A DNA stretch of 62,326 nucleotides, counting the filler. It is 9 parts of 9 records of this genome, joined end to end, with 100 filler letters (N's around TTAATTAATTAA, not from the genome) between each part and the next. Parts side by side here need not be neighbours in the genome. Positions count along the whole stretch, not along the records: positions 43,802 to 52,737 come from SRR7504441_70; positions 52,838 to 58,758 come from SRR7504441_71; positions 58,859 to 62,326 come from SRR7504441_78; 6 more parts are not named here. One strand, written 5' to 3'. Positions 46,891 to 58,860 of the stretch are shown piece by piece (the stretch's first letter is position 1; every line of letters starts with the position of its first letter). The position numbers and the translations under genes are program-made. Under the pieces are notes generated by a model that saw nothing but the letters and a program-made list of their open reading frames with translations, was not told the origin of the DNA and did not search any database.

Positions 46891-48828
46891 ATGTGCGGCA
46901 ACATTTGGGTGCTGGCCGCCGTGTGCCTGGCTGGCGTGGCGGCGGACCCCGGGGCTGTGCCGACCGCCGGCTGCGGCACCGCCCCATTCAGCTGGCCCGG
47001 GTACAACCAGTGGTTCAACTTCGCGCCGCCGGACGGATCGGAGCGGCTGTTCTGGATTCACATTGGGAGCGCCTATGACGGCCGGCAGCCGGCTTCCTTG
47101 GTGATGGCCTTCCACGGGCTGTACGACACTGCGCGGGGCGAGCTGGGCGAAGGCGGGCTGGCGCGGTACATCGAGGAGCAGCGGCTGAACGCGATAGCGG
47201 TGTACCCGCTGGGATCCGGCGAGCGAGGCTTCAGCTACAACTGGTGCGCCGCAGGCAATCCGTGCGCTGCCGGCTTACCGGGCGGGCAGGAACGTTGAGG
47301 GCAACGGCCTGGACACCCAGCCCGGCCCCGACGGGCCCGTGTGCGCCACCGACCGGGCCGATTGGGCGGTGTATCCGTGCTTCCCCTCGTGCAGCCCCTG
47401 CCATCCGAACAGAGGCTGCGACTTCGCGGCGTGCGTCAACGACCGCCAGTTCGTGGCCAGCCTGCTGGCCTACCTCGATGCCAAGCTCTGCCTGGACGCG
47501 CGCCGCAGGTTTGTTACGGGTATCTCGTCGGGCGGGATGATGGCCTACCAGACCGGGCTCGACCTGCCCCAGCTGGTGGCCGGCGTGGTGGCCGTGGCCG
47601 GCTCCCGGCTGGTCGGGTTCAATCGCCGGCCGGCGGGCCGTGTGGCGCTGATGGATATCCACGGTGCTTCTGGTTCGGGGCCGGGCCGAGCGGTGGACAG
47701 GCTGGGAGGATAGCTACGTGCCGGCCAACATCTCATCCGGATGGTACCCCGCCCCCGGATCTGGCCCGGCCCCGCACGCCGCCGTCGGCTCGGACGGGTG
47801 CCCAGCGCGCCCGCTGCCTGCTGAAGGCTGGGCAGCTTCTTCTATACCCCAATGAGGGCGATACTGTCGAGCTGGGCTGAGGCCAATCAGTGCGACCGGA
47901 AGGGCAACTTGCCCTACCCGACCGCCTGGGACGGCCGCCGGGGCTTCGCCTGCAATCGGCCGCAAGGCGAGTGTGCGGCCGACGTGGTGCAGTGCACCGG
48001 CAAATGGGCACACACTTGGCCTCTGCACCGCGACAGCCCGGGCGCGTTCGCTGGGCTAGCGTTCGGATTCTTTGACGCCAATCCGAAGCCTCGCGCCGCG
48101 GCCCGGCTGTGTGATAATAGCAGCGTGGCCCAGATGTCCATCTCGCCTCTAAGAGCGCCTGTGTTGCTGAATCAGTCCGGCACAACGGCAACTGGCTTGG
48201 CCCGAAATACAAGTAGAATAACTTCCAGGCCTGCCTCCACCGGTGCGCCTGCCATGGCCATCATACTTGTACGTACGCTCAACTAATTGCAATGTGCGCA
48301 GGCGGCTACGCTGCCGATGCAGATTGGAGCGAGTGGACGGGTTGTGAAGCGTTCCCTGGTTTCGGTTCTGCAGCAGACACTGTCAGGCTTACTGCCACGA
48401 GCTTCAACATCAGCACAGCCGATTACGTCACGGCTCATAGTTGCGGTGGCGCCCCTGACCTAGTGTGGGGTCACGAGGGGGCCTACGTATGCAACAAAAC
48501 CGAGGCCAGTTCGATTGCTACGTTTTCACGCCATTCTCTGTGGATCAGGCCTTTCACTGAAGCAGGCTTGCTTTTTGGCAAGGTTTTATGCCCTCACCTG
48601 GAGATGAAGAAGGGCGTGCGAACTTTAGTCCCCGTAGCAGAACTCCCATCGCTCTGTGCTTCTATCACATTTGACAACTGTGCTGTTTATTTCGATGCTC
48701 TTGGTGGCAATTCGACAGTGCTACGGCGGAGTAAAGAGCCCAGCTGCAAACCCCAAGCTTCGCCCACTGCTGACGGCCCAGCTCTGCATTGCAAATCAGG
48801 TAAATGTGTTGCACCGTGCACGGCGTAG
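46891..48828 (+). CDS. Secreted LpqC/PHB-depolymerase-like esterase with extra Cys-rich C-terminal domain
   Basis: SLVMAFHG, AVYPLG, FVTGISSGGMMAY, MDIHG|WEDSYVP, HTWP; 59-nt intron 48243-48301 joins the downstream ORF in frame. Confidence 0.75.
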
Positions 48829-49062
48829 GGCTGATAGAGAGTGGAGGCGGATGCAAGGCGAATAGATTACATGTATAACATATGCATTGTACAATAATTG
48901 TACAACCGACGTTGAGCAACGTCGACTACCATAATTATTTATAAGTTCTGCAATTTAGATAGGAAGTGTGAATATAGTTCAGTGTATTTAAGATAGCATA
49001 AAGTTTGAATACATCTTACGGAAACCACTAGCACTAGACGACGGTGCGGTTATCAGCGCGAG

Positions 49063-50249
49063 TTACAGAATTTCTAGAGTGGCTTGGTCCTGATACTCGA
49101 CTTGGCTGACTTTGCCATCTGCCTCAAACTGCAAGACTGTCCAGTACAGCAGATCGTGCTTCCGCGGCCCCGGCGGGCTCTCGGACAGCCCAGAGTTCCA
49201 TTGATTGCCCATCCAGACGTGCTGCAGCTCACCGTCCGGATTTGGCACTTCAAACACAGTTGAAGCCTGCGCTTTGGTGACATAGTTATGCGGGCTGTGC
49301 ATGTCGAATGGCGTCGGGTTGGAGCCCACCTCTCCGGCGTAGTGCCACGGGCCGGCCATCGAGTCGGCCATGTCCACATAGATGGAGCTCCCTCCGATGC
49401 AGGCGCAGCAGCCTGTCCCTGTCAGTATGTAGTACTTGCCCGCCCGCTTGAGCACTACAGGCCCCTCCGAGTCCTTGGGGGTCTTGAACGAACTCATGTG
49501 CTCCGCCGGCCCAGTGAACTCGTCATTCAGCCGCACAATATCAAACCCGGTACGCACGTGGTACGCCGACCCGTCGTCGTCCACAAAGATGTCAAAGTCT
49601 CCTGCACCAGACCTTGTCAGCGGCGCCAATGCGAAGCGAGCGCACCGATCCTGCCGGAGCCGGGGAGCGTGACGTTATAGTGGGTGGTCTTGAACGGCCC
49701 GCCCGGTGTGGCCGCCTGTGCCACTGCGTACCCTTGCAGGTTGGAGCCGCGGTCCTCGAACCACATGACGAACATCTGCGACTTCGGGTTGAAAACAACG
49801 TGCGGCCGAAACTCTGTGCCCGGGAGCCGCGCATCCAGCGGGAGCGCGACCCCCAGGTTCTCGAACCGCTCAAAGTCGGTGGTCTTGTACGCCTGCACCG
49901 TGTGGTACAGTCCGTACGGGTCTGCCGCCTGGCTCAGGCGCCTGACAGCGGGGTGCGCACCGGAGCCGTTTGTGAGGTCGGCGCAGCCCGGGGTGTAGGG
50001 GTGCGGCGGGTTGTCGAAGCAGCAGGTTGCGCAGCCTTTGGGGTCGTCGCAGCAGTTGACCCCCGGGCAATCGCCCCAGTTGTTGAAGTACAGGTAGTAG
50101 GCTCCCCCGTGCACCAACACGTCGGCCTCCCCAGTGATCAGCTTCTGCCCAAACTGGTCCAGAGGCAGCGCCACGTTCGACAGGTTCACGCTCCGGCCGG
50201 CCACCCACGGCACGAGCACCAGCACCCAAGCGCCCACCCGCCACGCCAT
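49063..50249 (-). CDS. Secreted GH43 glycoside hydrolase (exo-galactanase-like), 2 introns
   Basis: GAYYLY, FRPHVVFNPK..FVMW, GDFDIFVDDDGSAY, EGPVVLKR..YYI, KAQAST. Confidence 0.85.
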
Positions 50250-50290
50250 AGCTTGCCTCAACCCGGTGGTGAGCCGTTACGTGGGTCGCC

Positions 50291-50900
50291 ATGCTCGTCG
50301 GCGCCCGCTTGCTCAATGGAGCGGTGGTGTCCGTGGCCTGCAAGCCGACCGACACGATCGAGCAGTTCGAGCAGAAGCTCGCGCGCAGCGCCGCGGCCCA
50401 GGGTCAGCCGCTTGCCCCCTGGCAGCCCGGACACCCCTCGTGGGGCGTGCTCTTCGGGGGGTCCACCTTCCGCCGATACGGCCGCACCCTTAAGGACTAC
50501 GGCTTGACTGGCCCGATGCCCAAGGTGCCCGGCCGGCCCGTCGGGTCCCTGAGCCTGCCGCAGGTTCGTTTAGTCTCCAACTTCACCAGCGAGGCCACCC
50601 TCCGCAAGCCGCGGCACCCACTGCTCCAGCCCGCCCCCCCAATCAACCCGGCGAGGCCGGTAGACAGCGGCAAGTGGGAGACCGCGGTGGCGCTGGCCCG
50701 GATGGGAGGGGACTCCTCCCAGCAGATGCTGCCCTGGTTGCCAGACCACCCGCTGCCCACCAAGCAGTATCCAACTAGGTGCCCGGGCAGGCTCTCTGGC
50801 CCGGCTGACCAACTGCAGGGAGTGGAAGCCGGAGCCGTACCAAGGGCACTATCTCACCCAGAGGGGCGTATATGTCCAGGCCAATGTCAACGGCCCCTGA
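50291..50900 (+). CDS. Ubiquitin-like domain protein, 2 introns
   Basis: LLNGAVVSVACKPTDTIEQFEQKL..RTLKDYGL. Confidence 0.6.
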
Positions 50901-51043
50901 GTTGTGCCCGCGTGTTCACGACCAATTGGTTCTAATATAATAAAAGCGCTCAACGCTACACGTCAAAGTACCGGAGCTTGCTCGAATTGGCGCACTGTTC
51001 TACTCTACACCGTGAACTATCTTATGGCGACGTCCTGGCCACG

Positions 51044-51705
51044 CTAGCTCGCAGCATGTCTCGCTCGTTTGGGCTGAGACACGGCGAGCTCATCGTCAGT
51101 CGGCTGGTCGCTGTCACTCCCCGCCGTCAACCGCGCCAGCTTGGCCTGCCGAGTGCTCAGCGGAGCCGCCAGGGCCGGCACCTCGGTCACGGCCAGCTCC
51201 CCCAGTGGCTCGCAGTGGTTGCTCAGCACTTGCAGCGCCAGATCAAATTCCTCCTCTGGCCCGGCCCCTCTCCCGGCCCGGCCCCCTGCGGCACCCGGCA
51301 GCTGGATCAGGCTGCTCAGCTGCACTGCCCGCGCCACCAGCCCCTCCAGCCCCTCCCCCTGGCCGGCGGCTCAGTCGGGCCGGTTCCAGCTCGAGTAGCA
51401 GCGGGCACCTGCGGCGGTCGGCAGAGCCGGGGCACGGCCAGCTCGAGCAGCAGGTCAGCCGTCTCCGGCTCGGCCGCCAGCACCTCCAGCGCCTCCGCCA
51501 GTCCGACCGCGCGCGCCCAATCCGGACCGCGGGCCGGGCGAGCTGGGGCGGCGGCCGGCGGGCCGGGCGGAAGCATCCGGGCGAGATCGAGCCAGGCCAG
51601 GGGCACGAAGCTCTTGGGCGGCTTGGGAGCCGGCTCCGGCGGGGCCAGCAGCCGGAACTCCAGCCGCTGGCCGAGCGGGAGCTCGACGCCGGGTGGCCAG
51701 GCCAT
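51044..51705 (-). CDS. Hypothetical protein, 1 intron
   Basis: ORFs 51316-51705 and 51044-51337 are joined by a ~50-nt GT-AG intron. Confidence 0.45.
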
Positions 51706-51756
51706 TGTACCAGAATCTCAATCATTGTGTTCCTTTTTTCTCGCGCTCGAGGCACA

Positions 51757-52482
51757 ATGGCCAGCAACAAAAGCTCGGCCGCGCCCGAGCGGCGGCACGG
51801 GCGCAAGTGGACGTTCGAGCTGGTGCGGCCGGGCCAGGCGGCGCAGGGCTGATCCCGGGGGGGAGCAGGCGTCTGACGGCAAGGTGGCCACCAAGGGGGC
51901 CGGGAAGAACGCGGGGCTGAGCGCGCCGTTCGGCTGGATGGACCAATTCGACCCCAAGGAAGGCGCGGTCAAGAAGAAGGAAGACCTCACTGCGCTCCGC
52001 TCGTCGGTGCCCGGGCCGGCAGCCGGCGGGGGCGAGCGGAGGGGCAGATGGCGTTCGAGGTGGCGACGGGGCAGGGCCGGTCGCTGATGATGAACATGTT
52101 CATGATGTGGATGGCCGGCAGCTCGATCCACATCGTTCCGATCATGTTCACCGGGATGGCGCTGTGGACCCCGCTCTCCGCCATAATGAACATCAACACC
52201 GGTGCCCCGGCCCTCGCCGCCTAGCCCGACCGGTCCGGGCAGCGTTCGGCAAGTTTGCGGACATCGACGTGACGCTGCCCAAGCTGATCTACATCGCGAT
52301 CAACCTGCTCGGGCTGCTGGCCGGGTGCTACAAGTGCGCCTCGCTCGGGCTGCTCCCCACCAAGCCGGCCGACTGGCTGCAGGCAGACAACATCAAACCG
52401 GTCCCCCCCCCCCAGCGCAGGTTGCGATTGAGTACGGTGGCGGCAGGCGCTAGAGTTCAGTGGCGGCGGAATCCCGCTATGA
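51757..52482 (+). CDS. EMC4: ER membrane protein complex subunit 4 (DUF1077), 4 introns
   Basis: MNMFMMWMAGSSIHIVPIMF..YKCASLGLLPTKPADWL..LEFSGGG. Confidence 0.92.
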
Positions 52483-52837
52483 GGCGCGCGTTTGGCCTGG
52501 ACGGAGCAGTGCTGGGTACTCGCCCGATCTGGGCCGCTCTCCCGCATTTAATTGCTCTTCGTCTCAGCTCTCAGGCGCACAAATAAAACAAGATAATTAT
52601 ACGTATTCCGTCTCTAGGTCTAGTGAGCAACGTACGTGCATGCCAGGATGCGCCGTGGCGTGGTGTTTGGCGCATTCACTCGTGTAAGGTGTGATTTATT
52701 CTCATCATCGAGCGCCGCAGACCCTGAACCACAGCTCNNNNNNNNNNNNNNNNNNNNNNNNNNNNNNNNNNNNNNNNNNNNTTAATTAATTAANNNNNNN
52801 NNNNNNNNNNNNNNNNNNNNNNNNNNNNNNNNNNNNN

Positions 52838-53259
52838 GGCGGCAGGGGGGGAGCAAGTATGAACTGCTGGTGGACGATGCTGCGCCATCGAGCCAGGCGG
52901 CGGCACCGGCGGCCCAGCCATGGATGGCAACCGGGGCCAATGCAATTGCGATGGATCCGTCGGGCGAGCGAGCGAAGCTCGACAAAAAGCTGCTGAAGAA
53001 GTTGAGCAAAGCCGAGAAGAAAGAGAAGAAGAAAAAGAAAAAGGAGAAAAAGGAGAAAAAGGAGAAGAAGGAGAAGAAAAAGGACAAGAAAAAGGAGAAG
53101 AAAGGTACCACGGATTTCAACGAAAAGCTGGAGAAAGCAATCAAGGATGGCGACACAGACGCCATAAAGAAGTACATGAAAAAAGCGAACGAGCAAGCCG
53201 CATCGGAACCAGTTCCTGACCAAGGCGATGATTCTGACTCTTCGTCATCGAGCGATTAG
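52838..53259 (+). CDS. 3' fragment of Lys-rich protein
   Basis: Open from contig edge; KKEKKEKK tract; acidic/Ser tail. Confidence 0.6.
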
Positions 53260-53465
53260 TAGTAATTAGTAGCTCACCGGCTAGCATCCATTGAGTGCCC
53301 ATAAATACGAGCATTAAGTAAGCATCAAGGAGTTTGGGTTTGAACTGCACTGTGCCGGTCTAGCTGTCGGGCATGTAAGGCAGTAGTAGTAGTAAGGCAC
53401 CACGGGACCGCCACTGCGGGCATCGGCTGTGCCGTTGACACCGCTTATTCCTGGCGTGGCGGGAG

Positions 53466-55559
53466 ATGGGAAAGCCACGGTCCAGGAGGGGCAGCTTCGA
53501 TGAAGTTGTCTCCATGGCCACCGGCCAGGCGGATCCCGCCCAGCCGGAGGCCGATCTGGTGCACCCGGGGGACCCGGGAGTCATCCAGAGGTGGCGCCGA
53601 GCCATCAGCAGCGTCATGGCCGCCCGGGCCGAGGTAGCCTGGCTGTCGGGGCTGCGGCTAGCTGGAGGACAGGTGCGGACGATCATGGTGGACAGGCGGG
53701 AGCCCAGGGCCAAGACCGATCAGGACGTGCGCAAGATCGCAGCGCTGCTGGCCGACAGCCCGATGCTGAGCAAACTGCGCGAGGTGAGCAGGACCGAGGT
53801 GGCTAGGCACGTGGTGCTGGTCCGACGGGCGCCGAACGTGAACCCGTTCCTGTTCCGGGCGGGCCAGCGCGTGGATCGGATGTATATGGTGCTCGCTGGC
53901 CAGGTGGACATCGTCCACCCGACCAGTGGGGTGGTCAAAGAGAGCTTCAGGCAGGTGGGTCCCCAGACAGGCTGGGGGCAGGCGCTGACTGCGGGGCAGG
54001 GTGATACTTTCGGTGCCAGGGCGCTGTCTAATCTCAAGACCCACGTGGATGACTGTGTAGTGACCGAGGAGAGCGCATTTGCTGCCATCCCGAAGCGGCT
54101 TTTCTCAGAGTACATTAAGCCTGAGATGGCTTCCTGGGTACGGCCAGTGACCAAATTCCTTCAGTCGGTTGCCGTGCTAGACGGTTGCATCGCGGACGAC
54201 TATTTTGGGCTCACGCTGAGTATAAATCAGAAAAAATACGAAAAGGGCGAGCACGTACTCTCTACGAGACTTCCCGGACCGGACTGTGTATCTCTGATTC
54301 GGTATGACAACTTGCATGCACACACTGAGTGAGCGGTGGGCAGGTATGGCAGCTGCTCGCTCCAACGGCACTGCAAGCTGATGGCACGGATGCAGACACT
54401 TGAGCTGGCCAAGCTAGTGCCAGGCGATGCAGTGCTCCCAGAGATGGTACAGTGCTCCCCCACGGATATCCGAATTGTGGCCGACTCGGCGCTCTTAGTG
54501 TACTGCATTGCACTGACCGAGCTGCCGCACTGCACTGGTTGGGGAAATCTGCGGCTCAACTTAGCCAAATATATGGAGACCCGGCGGGCAGCATGGGATG
54601 CCAGGACAGATGATGCAGTCAGGTTGATTGAAGATGCAAAGGTCTTCTCCTCGCTGCCGTGCAGTCTACAGGAGTTGCCAGAGCCTGCTCCAAAGACGTC
54701 ACCATCACCCAAGCCTGCGAAAGTGGACATCTTGGCACCTCCGTGCCAGCCTATGTCCCGGTTAGCTGGCCTTACCATGAACTTTAGCACAAGCCAGAAG
54801 ATCGAAGAGGCCAGCCCTCCGAGCCCTGAGGTTGACTACAGGACAGTCCAACGGGTTAGATATACCAAGCAATACAAGAACACGATGCTCACCCTACCAA
54901 CACTGGCACCACACTCACTGCACACGCCACGGTCATTCATTGCCAAAAGCCATGCCTGTCGTCGTGCCAATCTAGTGCCACCACCAGCTCCTGACCACCA
55001 CGACGCATTCGCATCCTCGGGTAGCAGCATTGCAGTGCCGCTGCCGAAAGAGTATCCGCTGCCACGATGCTCAATTGTTGCTTCACGGCAGGGTGTGCGA
55101 GGCCCCAGCCGACAGTGGCGGTCTGTCCCCGGCCGCATGACAACGCTACTCCCGACTGAAACAAGCAGGCACGATCTGGGCGTGACAAGAGCCGAGCGGG
55201 TGCTGGCAATGTGTGGCAAGCAAAGCACCACCGGCCTTGGGAAGTTCGGCGTTCGCCTTGACATCCAACCACGTGTACCAAAGCTCTGTAGAGTTGCTAT
55301 GCCAGAGCTGAAACGACGGGCCGATACTCCGACCTATACTGGGAGGCAGATGTGCAGGATGTGCGACTTTCATGGGAGACAACACATAAAGAAGAAACAC
55401 CGTAGACCACCACCTCCCGTTGAGCCAACGCTTTTCATTGACAAAGACGAAGCAAACAAGGAGACAAACCACAATAGAGTCACGCGAGACCCGTTATATA
55501 TGACCCACTCGCCTGCGGCGCAGCAGATATTTGCGGGCTTACAAGCGTTAACAAGCTAG
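53466..55559 (+). CDS. Cyclic-nucleotide-binding-domain protein
   Basis: LFRAGQRVDRMYMVLAGQVDI..GDTFGARAL plus a second degenerate CNB domain; 42-nt intron near 54302-54343. Confidence 0.75.
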
Positions 55560-55794
55560 CATTGAATCGAATTAACAATGAACCAACTACAAGTAATAAC
55601 TTAATTAACGGTGGTGCGCTCGTGCCACGTTAGTCCGTTCATTCTTTAGAGTATTAATGCGCAATGAGACATGTGCTATCACCAGCATCGCCAGTTCGCT
55701 TGGCGCGGCCAGGATGTCATTAAACACACAGGCGGTTCGAAAACCGGTTAATTGGTGCAAGCTGCAGCAAGCACCAGTGGCAAACTCAGCACAG

Positions 55795-57372
55795 CTACTG
55801 AGGAGAGCCACGAGTGACGTTTTGTTGGTTGGGAGAAGTGACCAGGCTTGGAAGCGAGCTGCCCGCTCGATGTGTCACTACGTTGTTGGCTGCTGTGTCA
55901 TAAATCACGACGACAATTGTGATATCGTCATGAAGGCCCCGCCTGCCGTAGCCACCAGGCTCGATAGCCACTAGGTCCTGCACGCAACGAGTCACGCAAA
56001 GCCAGCCGGCCAGCTCACTGGCACGCCCGTCAGCTCTAAATCCGGTTCCTCTGCCTGCAACCGACGGACGATCTTGACCAGCGCAAATTGGAGCAGCCGT
56101 TCAGCTATATTGTCATTCTTGCCGTGCCGGTCTATCATGCCTCGCACAGCGTGCACGACCTGTCGCGGCTGGTCAGCTCGGGCGGGCTGGCGTTAGACCT
56201 GGTCGCTGGACATCTCGTCCCACAGCCCGTCGCAGGCCATCACAATAAATTGGTCCCCTGGTGCCACCCGCCTCATCCGCACCTCACCCCGGCATCATCG
56301 GCGGGTGCCGGCCAGCGCGATACCTCTGTCTTATTCGACACATACGGCTTCTTGGGCAGCGGGAGCATCTTGGCCAGTCCATCGGGCACGCGGTCGTTGT
56401 AGAAGGAGGCCGAATCCACGTCCTTCATGCACGCATCGCCAAGGGAGCGAGTGAACCTGCGATCGACACGGTCCAGCACAGCCAACTGCTCGGAGTCAGA
56501 CCTGGCCCGGTTTTTGAGGAACCACGCGTACTCCTGCACGATCTCGTCCCACTGCTCCTTGATCACCTGCACCCAGCCTCAGCCCAGCGCAGGGCCCGAG
56601 TGTCGCACGGTCGGATCCGACGGGTGCTCTGTTCTCACGCGAAGCCGCTCCGAGTCGGTTGTGGCCGAATGGTCCCGGCTCATCTCCACCGACTCTAAAA
56701 TCCCCTGCGCGCACCGCTTGTCCCCGGGCTGTGCGGCTCGCTCACCGAATCCGCGCACACACTCCCGACCACGCATCGCGAGTCGCCCAGATTGCCGACA
56801 TACAGGAAATTCTTTTTCTTGTCGAGCACCGCAGCTGCGCCCAGGTCAGGCGCCGGCCGGGCCCGTGCGCACCGATGGCGCAGGATCCGACGGTGACTTC
56901 GTGCCATACGTCCCGTACCCGCTCCTTGCTGGCCATATGTTGCTTCACCATCTGCAGCCAGCAGGCGTCCGTTTCAAGAAAACTGCCCCGCCGCTCGGCC
57001 GAGGCGCGGGGTGCGGGGCGCCACCTGTGCGCCAGCGCCTTGCCGGGGTCGTGCATGGCTTTAAGGTATTTCTTAAATTTGCCATGGCACTCGGCGGCGC
57101 AGTATCTCGAGACATCGTCGCCTCCGTGACCTGGCCGGACGGTCAGGGGCCACGCGCAGACAGAAGCGGCGCACCGTCGAAAATGGCTATGTAGAGGTAA
57201 GTCTCCTCGTCTTGGATCACGAAGGTGTCCTGGCACCGGCGAACGGTCAGGCGGCAACGCTCCGGTCGGCTAGCTCGGCCAGGCAGGCCCGGCGGCCATC
57301 TCGGGGGGGCACCTCGATCGGGTCGTTGGCAGCGTGCGCTGCCGAGCACACGATTGGGGGCGCCGCCTCCAT
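55795..57372 (-). CDS. PP2C-family protein phosphatase, 9 introns (C-terminus may extend to 55654 if the inversion is real)
   Basis: ANDPIE|D, IFDG|HGG, VGNLGDSRCV, FTRSLGD, FIVMACDGLWD, RRGLHDDITIVV. Confidence 0.92.
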
Positions 57373-57503
57373 CCGTGATCTCCGCCCGCGCCACCGCCCG
57401 CACCTCGCCGGGCACCACCTGTTTTGTCGATGCCTGCAGCGTCCGTTGTTTTTTCTCCTTGTGAACGCGGGCCTTGCGGGCTCTGCCTGGTGGGTGGCGT
57501 CAG

Positions 57504-58341
57504 ATGCAGGCGCCGGTGGAGGAGCAGGCGGCTCGCGGGAGCGATGGGCCGGAGGGCTGGGACTCGGGCGCCCGCTCGTGCTTTGCCACCTTCATCCCGA
57601 TGGAGCCCATCACGGAGCAAAGCACCGTGACCGTGATCGTGGCCACTTCGCTGTGCTGCTGCCTGATGTTCCTCGGGGTGCTCGCGGTGGCCGTGGCCTA
57701 CATCTTCCTGCTCGGCTGGGGCGTCTACATCCTGCAAGACACCAGGCACCCCCCCTCCGGCGCCGGGCCTGACGTCCGGCCAGCGGGGCGGCCAACGGAG
57801 ACTGCGAGAACATCTGGAGCTTCTGCCTGGTCAACGAAGTGCTCGGGGTGCTCGTCACCACCATCGGGTGCTTCGAGATCAGCCGGGCCTACCGCATGCT
57901 AAACTCCGACGAGGACGCGTCGGCTGGCCTCAGTGGTCAGAGCTCCGCCCGGCTGGCCTCCGACCTGGCGCAGGCGCGCTCAAGATCCGCTACGGACTGA
58001 TGTTCCTGGGGGCGTGTGGTCTCTTTGTGTGGGGGCTGGTCATGTGGTTCCGACTTTCGGATAGCGTAGCCCAAAGCAGCGGCTGCAGCTGAGCGGGCCG
58101 GCAGTGCGTGGATAAATACCACAAGGACTACCACGCGCTGATGCTCTTGTTCCGCGTGGGCGTGGTGTCCGACGGGGTGGTGATGCTGCTAGTGGCGCTG
58201 GTCTACACGCTGCAGGTGAGTACAGGCCCCGGCTGGCGCGAGCGCTGGCAGGCATTTCAGTTGGGTCCGAAAGCACAGGAGCTGCAACAGCCCGGGGACG
58301 AGAATGCAAGCACTGAGCGGTTACTCAACAAGAGGAACTGA
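57504..58341 (+). CDS. Multi-pass membrane protein, 3 or more introns
   Basis: Four hydrophobic segments joined by 38-39 nt introns, including GC-AG 57746-57783. Confidence 0.6.
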
Positions 58342-58572
58342 GCCCTCCACGGGCTTCCAGAGAACTCCAGTGTACAATTACTCGCGTTTTAATTAAATCA
58401 TTCTTTGAGTAATTCTAAATAGTGTAAACACTCACAAATGAGTTAGTACGACGAGCACGTACTCGGGGGGATGGTCGCTCATTAGATGCTCATAAGATGA
58501 TCAAGAGGTCATGCCATTTTGTGCAGCCGCTAGTGTACAGACTCACTGAGCCCATGCAAGGTGGCACGAGGC

Positions 58573-58758
58573 TCATTCTAGCGTCATCACATTCTCCGAC
58601 ATGTGAGCAATCGCGTGCCCACCGTCCATCCCACCCATATCAAACCCATTCTGGCCATCCGTCGCCAAGCACTGCCGTTTACACTCGAGCAGCGTCCTCA
58701 GGTTTTCGAACATGATCATCTGCTCCTTCGCTGGTTCGAACATGAGCTTAACTTGCTT
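58573..58758 (-). CDS. IFT81: Probable intraflagellar transport protein 81, C-terminal fragment
   Basis: Reverse strand reads KEQMIMFENLRTLLECKRQCL..ENVMTLE*, which resembles the IFT81 C-terminus as I recall it. Confidence 0.65.
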   Translation of the reverse strand, partial: KQVKLMFEPAKEQMIMFENLRTLLECKRQCLATDGQNGFDMGGMDGGHAIAHMSENVMTLE

Positions 58759-58860
58759 NNNNNNNNNNNNNNNNNNNNNNNNNNNNNNNNNNNNNNNNNN
58801 NNTTAATTAATTAANNNNNNNNNNNNNNNNNNNNNNNNNNNNNNNNNNNNNNNNNNNNCT

